Virus record (IMG/VR): IMGVR_UViG_3300035670_000116 | Source: an uncultured virus (IMG/VR IMGVR_UViG_3300035670_000116) | Taxonomy: Duplodnaviria > Heunggongvirae > Uroviricota > Caudoviricetes | Length of the DNA: 24,644 bases | Strand: one strand, 5' to 3' | In this document: piece after piece, positions 14,718 through 23,653 of the stretch | Position numbering within the stretch: the first letter of the stretch is position 1 | Layout of the letters: every line of letters begins with the position of its first letter | The notes under the pieces: generated by a model | Seen by the model: the letters and a program-made list of their open reading frames with translations, nothing else | What the model was told of the DNA's origin: nothing | The model's database searches: none | Program-made: the position numbers and the translations under genes

Positions 14718-17349
14718 CTGTAATTTCTAGTTCATCCTCCATTGTCGCATCTACCTTTGCATCTAGCTTCATTCCGTAGAACTCTTTGTACTTTTCCTTA
14801 TCAGATGACACCTCAACAATGGAGGGCCAGCCTTCATACTTCGGGCTGGACTCCCTAACAGCAACGTTTACCACCCGCATGCCCCTGGTATTCCTCATGG
14901 GAAACACATCAATCTTTAGCTGGTGCTTACATACGTCAATGAACAGGGGCTCAAATCGGTTACGCGACATGATGCCAACGTTGCACTGACGGCAGAATTC
15001 TGCATAGCTGGCGTACAACCACTTGTCCTGGTTGGCATAGATATGGGAAGAACCCATCGGTGCGTTCTTCGTGAACCCGACCGCTGAGCTGATACCTGGA
15101 TCAAAGATGATCTTGTGTTCCATCCAGTCCAACAAGGGGTTGGACCGGAGGTTCTGCATCTTCTCGTACTTCTGGAAGAACTTCACCTTCTTGGAAGTTT
15201 CCATCAAGTACTCACGCATTTCCTCTTCGCTCATGTCCAGGAGCCAGTTCACCAGCCCTGGCAGTAACGGCGAGAACACACCCTGTGGTTCACCCTTGGA
15301 ATTGAACTTAATCAGTTCCTTCTGTTCGTTTGGACCACCAGTGAACGGGCGGTCGAACGGAATGGTGAGGCGACGACGAGCCAGACCAGAGGTGTAGTCA
15401 GTTGATTGAATTGCTTCGTTGGCAGTAATCATCACGACACCGTGATACTGGAATGGATCCAGACCTTCACCCTGATACTTGCGTTCACTACGGATCCAGT
15501 CATTACCAGTGATGGCCTTCAGGCGAGAGACCGAACCACCCCAGCGGTCAGCATCCTGGAACAGCAGAAGTTTCTTGCCCATGTAGGCAGCCGCCTCAAA
15601 GCGGTTCTTCTCCATGTTCTCGAAGTCCGTCGAGTAGGTATTGCTCTTCCCGACCAGCGCCACTGCCAGGTTGGCGTAGGTGGACTTACCCGACTTACCC
15701 GGACCCACAATCTCAACAAACTTCTGGATTTCATAGCGCCCGAGCAGGGTTGCCCGCAGCCATGCCCGCAGAACCTGAGTGCGTTCCCAGCTGTCGTGTT
15801 GCGTGTTCTTCAGCCACTTAACAATTTCTTCACATGTGGCAGCCGGATCGTAGGGGTAGGGCATCTGCTGAACCAGGTGCATCTCCCGGTTAAACGGCAG
15901 CAGTTCCCTGGCCGCAACATTCAGAACACCATTGGTGAACAGCAGCAGCTCCGTGCCGTCATACCACTCCTCAAAGGCAAGCACCGACTGCAGCTGGGTG
16001 CAGACATCGTTCATAAGGTTGGTGCTGAAGCCGTTGGGAAGGAAGTCCCCAAGCTGTTGCAATTTGCTACGGATGTCCCCAAGGATTTCAATCTTGGTTA
16101 AAGGCGACCACAGACCACGAGCCTCCTTTTCGTACAGAAAGAACTGACCATGGGGTTGACTGAAGAGCAGATCCCCTCTATACAGATCCAGAACAACGTC
16201 GGTAACTACGTTCGATGAAGGGTTTCTGGTCCGTTGGTCTTTGCCTGTTTTGTCTGCAGGCACCCGCTTTTGCCTCACCTTCCAGACAGGTTCAGCTAAA
16301 TCTGGAGCGTTGGTTTCCACCAGAACTTCAGGCGCCATTTGTAGATCCTCTTCTAATTCAGCAAGTAATTTGGAGACGTGCTCTAGCGTGCCATCGTCCA
16401 CATTCATCGCACGATGCTCCTGAGATGGCTTCCAACCATGCTCCTGAGCGATATGAATGAGTGAGCCAAGGCCCCGGCCACCATCTTTAGAGAAGGAACG
16501 CCACCGCCTGTGGCACTCACCTTCCCTGTACTTTTCCGACTGCTTGGACCATTCATCCCAGTTATCAAGCAGGGACTCATCCAAGCTGTGAAGCGTCTGG
16601 CCAATCGTGATCCAGATGTCGTAATCATCTGCGGCCTCTGGTGGCAGTGCCCACATGGCTTCTGTCGCCAGTTTCATGTCCCGCTCAAGCGAAATCTCAG
16701 CGTTGATCGCAAATCCCGGACCCACAATCCGAGTGCGTTCCTTGGCCGGTGTCCCCTGGCGAACGTTCTTATTGATGATGGCGTTCAGTAACCAGTCCGG
16801 GAACTCAGGCAGCTGGTCAACCCACTCAAAGCCCTGGCCGTCAGCAGTGAAGTAACCATCAGTCTCAGGGTGTAGACCCATGAGAACACCCTGGTGCCGC
16901 TGCCACAGAATCTCAAGTTTTTCCTTGTCGGCTTCTGCGTGCCAGGTGTATTTGTTCCGAACAAAATGCTTATGTTTATCCCTGTTGAGTTTGTATAGCT
17001 TTCGTTCGCGGCCAATCTTGCCGCTCATGATGGTCAGGGTTGGCGGCAATGCCTCCAGTAGGGGCTTATCCGAGATCCCCTCCACCAGCTGGTAAACGCT
17101 TGGACCGTCGATGTCGACCCAGACCAAACCGTAGGGATGGTTGTAGACCGGACCACCCAACAGACCGATGGCACGGCAGTTGCCAGCTACAATTTCTTCT
17201 TCAATTTCGCGGACGCTGAAAGGCTTGTTCTGCCAGCCGTTGACGTACGGATCCTTCTTGGCACCCAGGGGAGTGAGGGGCCAATCCATGGGGATGTAGC
17301 CCAGGTTGATCTCGCCCGGACGCAGGGCCTGCTGATTTCGGCTGGTCAT
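14710..17349 (-). CDS. Primase-helicase: Prim-Pol N-domain, PriCT-2, D5-type N-domain and SF3 helicase (879 aa)
   Basis: WPLTPL...KDP, IGLLGG, VWVDID and HP (Prim-Pol). DDYDIWITIGQTLH...W.EWS.QS.KY...EC...W.SF (PriCT-2). FTNGVL (D5_N). Walker A GPGKSGKST, Walker B LLLFQD, motif C MITAN, arginine finger ARRRL. Confidence 0.93.
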   Translation of the reverse strand: MTSRNQQALRPGEINLGYIPMDWPLTPLGAKKDPYVNGWQNKPFSVREIEEEIVAGNCRAIGLLGGPVYNHPYGLVWVDIDGPSVYQLVEGISDKPLLEALPPTLTIMSGKIGRERKLYKLNRDKHKHFVRNKYTWHAEADKEKLEILWQRHQGVLMGLHPETDGYFTADGQGFEWVDQLPEFPDWLLNAIINKNVRQGTPAKERTRIVGPGFAINAEISLERDMKLATEAMWALPPEAADDYDIWITIGQTLHSLDESLLDNWDEWSKQSEKYREGECHRRWRSFSKDGGRGLGSLIHIAQEHGWKPSQEHRAMNVDDGTLEHVSKLLAELEEDLQMAPEVLVETNAPDLAEPVWKVRQKRVPADKTGKDQRTRNPSSNVVTDVVLDLYRGDLLFSQPHGQFFLYEKEARGLWSPLTKIEILGDIRSKLQQLGDFLPNGFSTNLMNDVCTQLQSVLAFEEWYDGTELLLFTNGVLNVAARELLPFNREMHLVQQMPYPYDPAATCEEIVKWLKNTQHDSWERTQVLRAWLRATLLGRYEIQKFVEIVGPGKSGKSTYANLAVALVGKSNTYSTDFENMEKNRFEAAAYMGKKLLLFQDADRWGGSVSRLKAITGNDWIRSERKYQGEGLDPFQYHGVVMITANEAIQSTDYTSGLARRRLTIPFDRPFTGGPNEQKELIKFNSKGEPQGVFSPLLPGLVNWLLDMSEEEMREYLMETSKKVKFFQKYEKMQNLRSNPLLDWMEHKIIFDPGISSAVGFTKNAPMGSSHIYANQDKWLYASYAEFCRQCNVGIMSRNRFEPLFIDVCKHQLKIDVFPMRNTRGMRVVNVAVRESSPKYEGWPSIVEVSSDKEKYKEFYGMKLDAKVDATMEDELEITDV

Positions 17350-17531
17350 ACCGTACGTTCTTTCTCGAGTTCTACTCTAAAGTTCCGCTCCGGAAAAGAT
17401 GCTTCTTTCACCAACTGATAGGCATGAAGATGCATCAGGGAGGGCAGATAAAAACAATCCCCATCCACCGCATTACCCATGCGGATCTGAAGAGTATTTA
17501 TCCACTCTCCCAGGGAAATGTGAATTTCCAT
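17346..17531 (-). CDS. Small hypothetical protein (61 aa)
   Basis: ATGA overlap with the primase start. TAGGAT lies about 25 nt upstream. Confidence 0.7.
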   Translation of the reverse strand: MEIHISLGEWINTLQIRMGNAVDGDCFYLPSLMHLHAYQLVKEASFPERNFRVELEKERTV

Positions 17532-17601
17532 CTGGGGTGGAGCTGAGTGTCTTCTTATCCTACGGCGACCAATCCGGGAGACCCTTACGAGTTTTTATAG
17601 A

Positions 17602-17874
17602 TTATTTGGACTCATTAGACTCAGGTTTGTACCAGGGTGCGGTGAGTTGCATTGCTCCACCTAGCTTTTGGGATTCGCCAGTCTGAAGCTCTGGGTCGAT
17701 GGGGTGCTCTGTGTAGATCGGCTTGGCAGCCTCCTCCCTCTCTATCTCAGACTCAATTTGATTCTCAAGTTCGATCATCTTGAGACGCGCTTTGAGTTTG
17801 GACTCAAACCAAAGCTTTTTCCACCAATCCACGATGGCCTGGACCATCTGGCCAAACAGTACGGACCAGTTCAT
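17602..17874 (-). CDS. Hypothetical protein (90 aa, amphipathic N-terminus then coiled coil)
   Basis: ATGA overlap with the upstream ORF, in the operon direction. Confidence 0.7.
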   Translation of the reverse strand: MNWSVLFGQMVQAIVDWWKKLWFESKLKARLKMIELENQIESEIEREEAAKPIYTEHPIDPELQTGESQKLGGAMQLTAPWYKPESNESK

Positions 17875-18056
17875 TCGATGTTTTCCAACGCAGATTCAAT
17901 CTTGTGGAGCATCTTCTCCATGTACGGCTGCCAGAATGTGTAGCCCCACTTCTCGCCGTAGGGAATGTAGATGCGCCTGGCGGACAAGAACCCACGGATC
18001 AGATCTAACTCTTCTCGCGTGAGATTCACTTTGATATCAGCAGCTTCCGATTCCAT
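17871..18056 (-). CDS. Small hypothetical protein (61 aa)
   Basis: TGATG coupling to the nuclease stop at 18056. Confidence 0.7.
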   Translation of the reverse strand: MESEAADIKVNLTREELDLIRGFLSARRIYIPYGEKWGYTFWQPYMEKMLHKIESALENIE

Positions 18057-18910
18057 CAGATGAGATTAGGATCGTAGACATTACAATTCTCGACCTGTTC
18101 ATAATATTCAGCAACTATCTTGTACCAATCCTCGTGCAGAATATCGAGAAAGCGCCTGGAGATCTTGAAGACCTGGGTGCGTACAGGTGTTGAAACCAAG
18201 ATCGCAGCCTGCTGAACCTTCATGCCCAAGGTCTGCTGTATAGCAATGTCATATGCCGCTAGCTGCTTGCAGGTCTTCTTGAACTTCATGTGACCGCCCA
18301 AAAGATCTCGCCATTCAGGCGAACCTTTATCCAGATCCTTAGGCCACTTGCGACTGTAAGGTTTGACGCTGGTCTTCAAGTCAGCAAGAGTAAGTTTATT
18401 ATTAGCCACCCCAATGATGTCAGGAGCACCAGCCCAAGCACGACCTTCTCCGTCACAACCCCAAACGCGAGCAACGTCATCAGCACCAATAGTGAACTTA
18501 AACTTATCCAGAACAGGGGACTCGGCCCAAAGGACTTCCTGGAATTGATCCAAAATTGGCGGCATGCCCGACCAAAAATCCGTGTAGTCCTCTGGGATCT
18601 CAGGGTTTTTGTTCCCCTTGAGGTACTGCTCCATACCGTAGTGAATGGCAGTACCCCTTTCAGCAGCAGCTTCTTTAACACCTGGGTTAGCTTTCGACCA
18701 CATTTCCAGCTTCCGTTTGTTTGCTTCGGAAGCCGTTTCGCTGATGATAGTAGTTACTGACGGTGCAGGTCCAGTAGGTAACGGAGTTGTGTAATGCCGT
18801 TTTCCGTTAAGCGTAATCCTGGCTGCGGTCCTGTTTAGGTCCCGCATCATCTCTGGTTGCTCATCCTTGGCTTGGATCCAAGGATCGGATGTATTAACTT
18901 TAGCAACCAT
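18056..18910 (-). CDS. PD-(D/E)XK nuclease (phage exonuclease / RecB-like)
   Basis: PSVTTII, RGTAIH, E, GAPD, ADLKTS (D-x-K) and QLAAY. Confidence 0.88.
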   Translation of the reverse strand: MVAKVNTSDPWIQAKDEQPEMMRDLNRTAARITLNGKRHYTTPLPTGPAPSVTTIISETASEANKRKLEMWSKANPGVKEAAAERGTAIHYGMEQYLKGNKNPEIPEDYTDFWSGMPPILDQFQEVLWAESPVLDKFKFTIGADDVARVWGCDGEGRAWAGAPDIIGVANNKLTLADLKTSVKPYSRKWPKDLDKGSPEWRDLLGGHMKFKKTCKQLAAYDIAIQQTLGMKVQQAAILVSTPVRTQVFKISRRFLDILHEDWYKIVAEYYEQVENCNVYDPNLI

Positions 18911-18922
18911 TGAAGGTTTTGT

Positions 18923-18952
18923 ATATTATTGTCAGCTTACCTAGGGTGTCAA
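18923..18952 (-). promoter_or_regulatory. Sigma70-type promoter of the nuclease/primase operon
   Basis: The minus strand reads TTGACA (18952-18947), 18-nt spacer, TAATAT (18928-18923), 12 nt before the nuclease ATG. Confidence 0.65.
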
Positions 18953-18962
18953 CGAACCGCGA

Positions 18963-19067
18963 ATGAAGGACTTCACGTACGCAATCCTGACCATCCTTGG
19001 CGCTATTCTTATAATCGTAGGTATTGATGCCTACCTCCTTTTCTCAGGATGCCTGCTCCCGTCATGA
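18963..19067 (+). CDS. 34-aa single-pass membrane peptide
   Basis: Hand-translated MKDFTYAILTILGAILIIVGIDAYLLFSGCLLPS. Its stop forms an ATGA overlap with the hli-like start at 19064. Confidence 0.6.
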   Translation: MKDFTYAILTILGAILIIVGIDAYLLFSGCLLPS

Positions 19068-19339
19068 ACAAAATCCTGCTGGGGATCCAAGGTTACGTCT
19101 CTTGTTTTGGTTGGGTTTTTTCCGCAATGTTCAAGTGGATACTGGAAGAATGTCCTGATTTAAAATTTTGGAAAGGGCATACGCACCTCAACGATCACAT
19201 CTGGTACGCCGAAAGGGTGAACGGCCGTATCGCGATGCTGGTCCTGAGCGCCGTACTCTTGTACGAATTTACAACTCATACCAGTATTTGGAGTCTGATT
19301 GATGGCCTCAAATCTCACCCGGTTTTATCTGGACACTGA
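19064..19339 (+). CDS. hli: High-light-inducible protein (HLIP)-like with an N-terminal extension
   Basis: AERVNGRIAML is the ExxNGRxAM chlorophyll-binding motif, followed by a TM helix and E-x-x-T. Confidence 0.8.
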   Translation: MNKILLGIQGYVSCFGWVFSAMFKWILEECPDLKFWKGHTHLNDHIWYAERVNGRIAMLVLSAVLLYEFTTHTSIWSLIDGLKSHPVLSGH

Positions 19340-19463
19340 TGACGATTGCCGCACTGGCTGCCTGAATGGCAAGGCCTTTGAGGATGTCGAAAGAATTGAT
19401 GCAGATACTTTCGAAGCACGTTTACAAGAGCAAGAAATCTCTTATATTCGGATAGATCTGTAA
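19302..19463 (+). CDS. Small acidic hypothetical protein (53 aa)
   Basis: Hand-translated MASNLTRFYLDTDDDCRTGCLNGKAFEDVERIDADTFEARLQEQEISYIRIDL. Fills the gap before the glycosyltransferase gene. Confidence 0.6.
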   Translation: MASNLTRFYLDTDDDCRTGCLNGKAFEDVERIDADTFEARLQEQEISYIRIDL

Positions 19464-19470
19464 AACTTCA

Positions 19471-21012
19471 ATGGCTGGCAAGCGCATCGCAGTGCTCACA
19501 CTGTGGCGGGATAGTAGTGACATTATTAGTCACGCGCTTGCCCAGTACGAATGGATGGAAGATGAGTTGATTCCCAAGGGTTATCGCTTCATCTACGCCT
19601 TCCTGGAGAATGATTCCAAGGACATGACCGGCGGAATCCTGTTGCGGTGGATGGATGATCGCAAGGGATTCTTGATGTCCGAGAAGACTGGATCCCGTAA
19701 GTGGGGCAGCGTCCAGTCCACCGAACGCACCAAGTGGCTAGCCCGTTACCGGAATGTATGCCTCAGCTCGCTGGACTTCTGGGCTTTCGATTATCTGCTT
19801 GTCGTTGATAGCGACGTACATTACCGCCCTGACCTGATTGAAACCATGGTCATGGAGCTAGAGAACGATCCGAGCATGGGGATGATTACCCCCAATACGG
19901 TTCAGGATGTTATCGATGCGATTGGCGATACCGGTCTCCCGTCCTATTACGACAGCTGGGCGCTTGTTGATACGAATGGTATGCAGGCAATGACCTTTGC
20001 CTCCAACCCATTCCTTGACAAACGAGACCGCGATCTTTGGGACGAAGGCTTCCCAGTGGATGTATCCAGTGCGTTCGGCTCGATTGCTTTGATCCGTGGC
20101 TCGATCCTGGAGGAGCATGACATTGCATGGGACGGCGAGAACGGTTGCGAACACTGGGGTTTGTGTAAGGGCATCCGTGATGCGGGCTATGCAGTTGTCG
20201 TTGACCCCGAGCTGCACGCCGAGATCAAACACAAAGATCCCGTGGTTCCCAACCCGGATGTAGTTGAGTTCCATAAGAAACGACTCAAAGAATCTGGTCG
20301 CCAGTTCAACAACAAGGGCGATGAAGAGTACACCATGACCTTTGGCATCTGCACTGGTTATGAGAATGCAGAGCACCTGATCAAATGCGTGGACTCCATC
20401 CGCAACCAACAGCTGGATGACTACCAGATCATCCTGGTTGGCCCCGAGGTTCCCGACCTGATCTATGACGAAATCGCTGGCGACGACATTGAGTTTGTCG
20501 AGTTTGACGAAAGTGTCCGTCCCCTGTGGATCACCAAGAAAAAGAATCTGATTGCACGCAAGGCAGACTTTGATCGCCTTTGCCTGCTTCACGACTACCT
20601 GTGGCTGACACCCAAGTGGGCAAAGGAGCTGCGCGAATTTGAGAAGCGACACCCATGGTCTGTGCTCGCGTTCCCGCAACAGCGTTCAGATGGCGGTAGG
20701 TTCTGGTATGACTGGAGTGGTTTCCGTGGCCCTCGCCACCTGGATAACCGCCAGTTCTATAAGTACACCGACTGGACACACAATGATGAGGTCTACATCT
20801 CAGGCAACATCCTCTGCGTCAACCGCCACCTGCTGTTAGATCACCCATTCGACGAGAGCTTGGGCCACATGCAAGAGGAAGACCTGGAATGGAGCCGCCG
20901 AATTGCACCTTATGTCCAGTTCAAATGTGCGTTTAATTCGATGGTGTGCCACCAGAAAGAGCACCGGGATCTGAAGTACTTTGAAAAAGTAGATCGCAAT
21001 TACGGACAATGA
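19471..21012 (+). CDS. Two-domain GT-A glycosyltransferase (Anp1/CAP59-like N-domain plus GT2-like C-domain)
   Basis: Domain 1: ENDSKD, LARYRN, VVDSD (DxD), YYDSWA, SAFGS, CEH. Domain 2: TFGICT...CVDSI, ITKKKN, LLHDY, FDESL...EEDLEWS. Confidence 0.82.
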   Translation: MAGKRIAVLTLWRDSSDIISHALAQYEWMEDELIPKGYRFIYAFLENDSKDMTGGILLRWMDDRKGFLMSEKTGSRKWGSVQSTERTKWLARYRNVCLSSLDFWAFDYLLVVDSDVHYRPDLIETMVMELENDPSMGMITPNTVQDVIDAIGDTGLPSYYDSWALVDTNGMQAMTFASNPFLDKRDRDLWDEGFPVDVSSAFGSIALIRGSILEEHDIAWDGENGCEHWGLCKGIRDAGYAVVVDPELHAEIKHKDPVVPNPDVVEFHKKRLKESGRQFNNKGDEEYTMTFGICTGYENAEHLIKCVDSIRNQQLDDYQIILVGPEVPDLIYDEIAGDDIEFVEFDESVRPLWITKKKNLIARKADFDRLCLLHDYLWLTPKWAKELREFEKRHPWSVLAFPQQRSDGGRFWYDWSGFRGPRHLDNRQFYKYTDWTHNDEVYISGNILCVNRHLLLDHPFDESLGHMQEEDLEWSRRIAPYVQFKCAFNSMVCHQKEHRDLKYFEKVDRNYGQ

Positions 21013-22379
21013 ATAAACTCATCTGCTTTGACCTTGATGGAGTTCTAGTCGACAGCAAGGAGATCCATTACGAGGCGCTGAATGAAGCCCTGGCAGAGAT
21101 CGACCCCAAGTATGTGATCACAAAAGAGGAACACCTCAAGACATACGACGGGTTATCTACCAGCGTGAAGCTGCAGATGCTTACACGCAACAAAGGATTA
21201 CCAGCAGACTGCCATCAACGGGTGTGGAATCTGAAGCAAAAGTTAACCACGGATTATTTCAACGAGTTTGAGATGGATCCGCAGTTGATTGAGCTGTTGA
21301 TTGAGATCAAGTCCAGAGGCATCAAGGTTGCAGTAGCATCCAACTGCATCCGTAAGTCGGTGCAGAACGCTCTCTACTCCCTGCATTTGTTCCCCTTTAT
21401 TGATTACTTCGTCAGCGCAGACGAGGTGTCACGCAAGAAGCCATCACCTGATCTGTACTGGCAGTGCATGATCCAGTGCAACGCAACACCTTCCAACACA
21501 GTTGTGTTCGAGGATTCCCACGTCGGCCAACAAGCTGCCCTGGACTCTGGTGCCCATGTGATCTGCGTCAAGAATCGCCTGGATCTGACTGCAGAAAAGA
21601 TTCAAAAAGGTATTAACATTCTCACAGAAGAAGTAATTACAAAACCTAAGCCACACATGGAAGATCTCAATGTGTTGATTCCAATGGCAGGCCGTGGCTC
21701 TCGGTTTGCAGCAGCTGGTTATACCTTCCCCAAGCCATTGATTGATGTCCGTGGCAAGCCCATGATTCAGTGGGTGGTTGAGAACGTAGGTATCAAAGCT
21801 AACTACACGTTCATCGCCCAGCAGGAACACATCGAGCAGTACAGCCTACCCAGCCTCCTCAACCTGATCTCCCCTGGTTCCAATGTGGTTCCAGTCGATG
21901 GAATTACCGAAGGTGCCGCCTGTACCGCACTTCTTACCCGCGAAATTATTGATGTTGACAAGCCGTTGCTGATCCTTAACAGCGACCAATACCTTGAGTG
22001 GGATCCAATCCACAGCCTGTATCAGCTGGAGAACAGCGATGCAGATGGTGCGATCTTTACGTTCTACAGCACCCACCCGAAGTGGAGTTACGTCAAGCGT
22101 CAGCCTGGCACCACCACTATCGTTGAAGTAGCCGAGAAGAAACCCATCAGCCATGACGCAACCTGCGGTGTGTACTGGTGGCGTAAGGGTTCCGACTTCG
22201 TTAAGTACGTGGACCAAATGATTGCTGCGGATGACCGCACCCTTGGTGAGTTTTACATTTGCCCTGCATATAATTACGCCATCAAGGAAGGTAAAAAAAT
22301 TTCTGCAGTCCCAGTTCGGGCCATGCACGGGCTTGGTACTCCAGAAGACCTTGACATCTTTCTTAAGGAGTTTGCTTGA
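21009..22379 (+). CDS. HAD-family phosphatase/phosphomutase fused to a sugar-phosphate nucleotidyltransferase (BcbE-like)
   Basis: HAD motifs FDLDGVLVDS, ASN, KKPSPD and FEDS. NTP-transferase motifs IPMAGRGSRF, PKPLI, NSDQ, EKK and GLGTPEDL. Confidence 0.9.
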   Translation: MNKLICFDLDGVLVDSKEIHYEALNEALAEIDPKYVITKEEHLKTYDGLSTSVKLQMLTRNKGLPADCHQRVWNLKQKLTTDYFNEFEMDPQLIELLIEIKSRGIKVAVASNCIRKSVQNALYSLHLFPFIDYFVSADEVSRKKPSPDLYWQCMIQCNATPSNTVVFEDSHVGQQAALDSGAHVICVKNRLDLTAEKIQKGINILTEEVITKPKPHMEDLNVLIPMAGRGSRFAAAGYTFPKPLIDVRGKPMIQWVVENVGIKANYTFIAQQEHIEQYSLPSLLNLISPGSNVVPVDGITEGAACTALLTREIIDVDKPLLILNSDQYLEWDPIHSLYQLENSDADGAIFTFYSTHPKWSYVKRQPGTTTIVEVAEKKPISHDATCGVYWWRKGSDFVKYVDQMIAADDRTLGEFYICPAYNYAIKEGKKISAVPVRAMHGLGTPEDLDIFLKEFA

Positions 22380-22867
22380 TGGTATTTATTAGCCCGATTT
22401 CCCATCGTGGTAACTTACGAGGCCCAGAGCCAGAGAACGAAAATAACCCGGACTACATTGATGCAGCGATCAATGAGCTGTTTGAAGTAGAAGTCGACAT
22501 CCGATATATCGAAGGCAACTTCTACCTGGGCCATGACCATGCAGAGTATTTCGTTGATCTCCATTGGCTCAAGCAACGTAACGATGCATTGATCCTGCAC
22601 TGCAAGAACCTGCCCGCCTTATACCTTCTCAAGGATCAGTTCCATTGCTTCTGGCATGAGAACGATTCGTACACCCTGACCACACAAAAGAAAATCTGGA
22701 CCTACCCCGGCCAGTACGTTGGGCCAGACTGCATCATCGTCGACCTGGAACCTCCGACCAAGGAGCGGATTGAGGCGTGGAAGGCCAAGGATTGTTATGG
22801 GGTTTGTAGTGATTATGCAGATAGTATTAGTTACGGGTCGGACTTTCTCCCTAATATGGTTAAGTAA
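22379..22867 (+). CDS. Minimal glycerophosphodiester-phosphodiesterase-like (PLC-like TIM) protein
   Basis: SHRGN, ENN, EVEVDI, LGHD, HCKN and GVCSDY. TGATG coupling to the upstream gene (track start TTG at 22376). Confidence 0.75.
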   Translation: MVFISPISHRGNLRGPEPENENNPDYIDAAINELFEVEVDIRYIEGNFYLGHDHAEYFVDLHWLKQRNDALILHCKNLPALYLLKDQFHCFWHENDSYTLTTQKKIWTYPGQYVGPDCIIVDLEPPTKERIEAWKAKDCYGVCSDYADSISYGSDFLPNMVK

Positions 22868-22885
22868 ACCGAACACATAATTGAA

Positions 22886-23086
22886 ATGGCACTGCAAGAA
22901 TACGAAGATGCCCTGGTTGCGGGTTACGATTTCCTCAACAACCACAACCAGTTACTCCACAGTTTGAAACTTTCGAGGCTCAATGCTGATAATCGCACCT
23001 ATACTGAGAACACCCAAGGAGTCGGAAATGGCCCTATCGAATCAGGTGAAGGAGTCGGTGAGTCAGGCGAAGGATTCGCTTCGTGA
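22886..23086 (+). CDS. Hypothetical acidic protein (66 aa)
   Basis: ATG downstream of TAATAT (22852-22857). Its 3' part overlaps the next gene. Confidence 0.5.
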   Translation: MALQEYEDALVAGYDFLNNHNQLLHSLKLSRLNADNRTYTENTQGVGNGPIESGEGVGESGEGFAS

Positions 23087-23222
23087 CGCACTGGCTTTTG
23101 CAGCACGGGCTGAGCATCCGGTTACCATCAGCATGATCTCCGACATCCTCTCCAGGCTGGATTCCCTGGAGCATGTGGATGAGATCATGGAGCAGTTCGG
23201 TGCCCGAGCAGCCCAAAAGTAA
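23028..23222 (+). CDS. Cyanophage-type conserved hypothetical protein (MALSNQVKES...LRDALAFAAR)
   Basis: AAGGAG RBS before ATG 23028. Resembles a small helical family I recall from cyanophages. Confidence 0.75.
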   Translation: MALSNQVKESVSQAKDSLRDALAFAARAEHPVTISMISDILSRLDSLEHVDEIMEQFGARAAQK

Positions 23223-23385
23223 GTTTAGGCAGCCGACTGAACAAGAACGGCTAGAAGAATATTTCTGGCAGCTGGAGCGCATGATCCCTAATCCCCCAAG
23301 GGACTGGGCTAAAGCTGCTCGTCCGTGTAAGTGGGCTAAAATATTAGAAGAAAAGAAAAACAATCCTGATGGCTCAGGACGATAG
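23200..23385 (+). CDS. Small hypothetical protein
   Basis: GTG at 23200 preceded by GGAG (track start 23173). Fills the gap to the next gene. Confidence 0.55.
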   Translation: MPEQPKSKFRQPTEQERLEEYFWQLERMIPNPPRDWAKAARPCKWAKILEEKKNNPDGSGR

Positions 23386-23653
23386 TAAATATTCCAAACC
23401 TGAGTTACGCGAGCGAATTAAAGATCGTGTGATGGCTGGTTCCAAGGGCGGCAAGCCAGGGCAGTGGAGCGCACGCAAGGCCCAGCTTGTTGCACAGGAA
23501 TATGAGAAAGCAGGTGGGGGATATAAGGGAGGTAAGGGAGAGAAGCAGAAGTCCCTGGAGAAATGGGGGAAAGAGAAGTGGATGACCAAGGATGAATATG
23601 AAAAACGCAGTAAAGCTAAAGCTGCTGCCAAGAAGTACAAGGACTCTAAGTAA
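23369..23653 (+). CDS. Basic protein, N-terminal half of the DUF5872-like family
   Basis: YSKPELRERIK...GSKGGKPGQWSARKAQL..EYEKAGGGY motif. Confidence 0.75.
   Translation: MAQDDSKYSKPELRERIKDRVMAGSKGGKPGQWSARKAQLVAQEYEKAGGGYKGGKGEKQKSLEKWGKEKWMTKDEYEKRSKAKAAAKKYKDSK

Noticed and set aside
18056..18910. Possible Cas4
   Set aside because: It lacks the Fe-S cysteine cluster and CRISPR context. It is an ordinary phage PD-(D/E)XK nuclease.
19858..20679. 273-aa minus-strand ORF (likewise 15406..16101 and 18290..18760 on the plus strand)
   Set aside because: Antisense shadows of well-supported GT, primase and nuclease genes, with no recognisable features.
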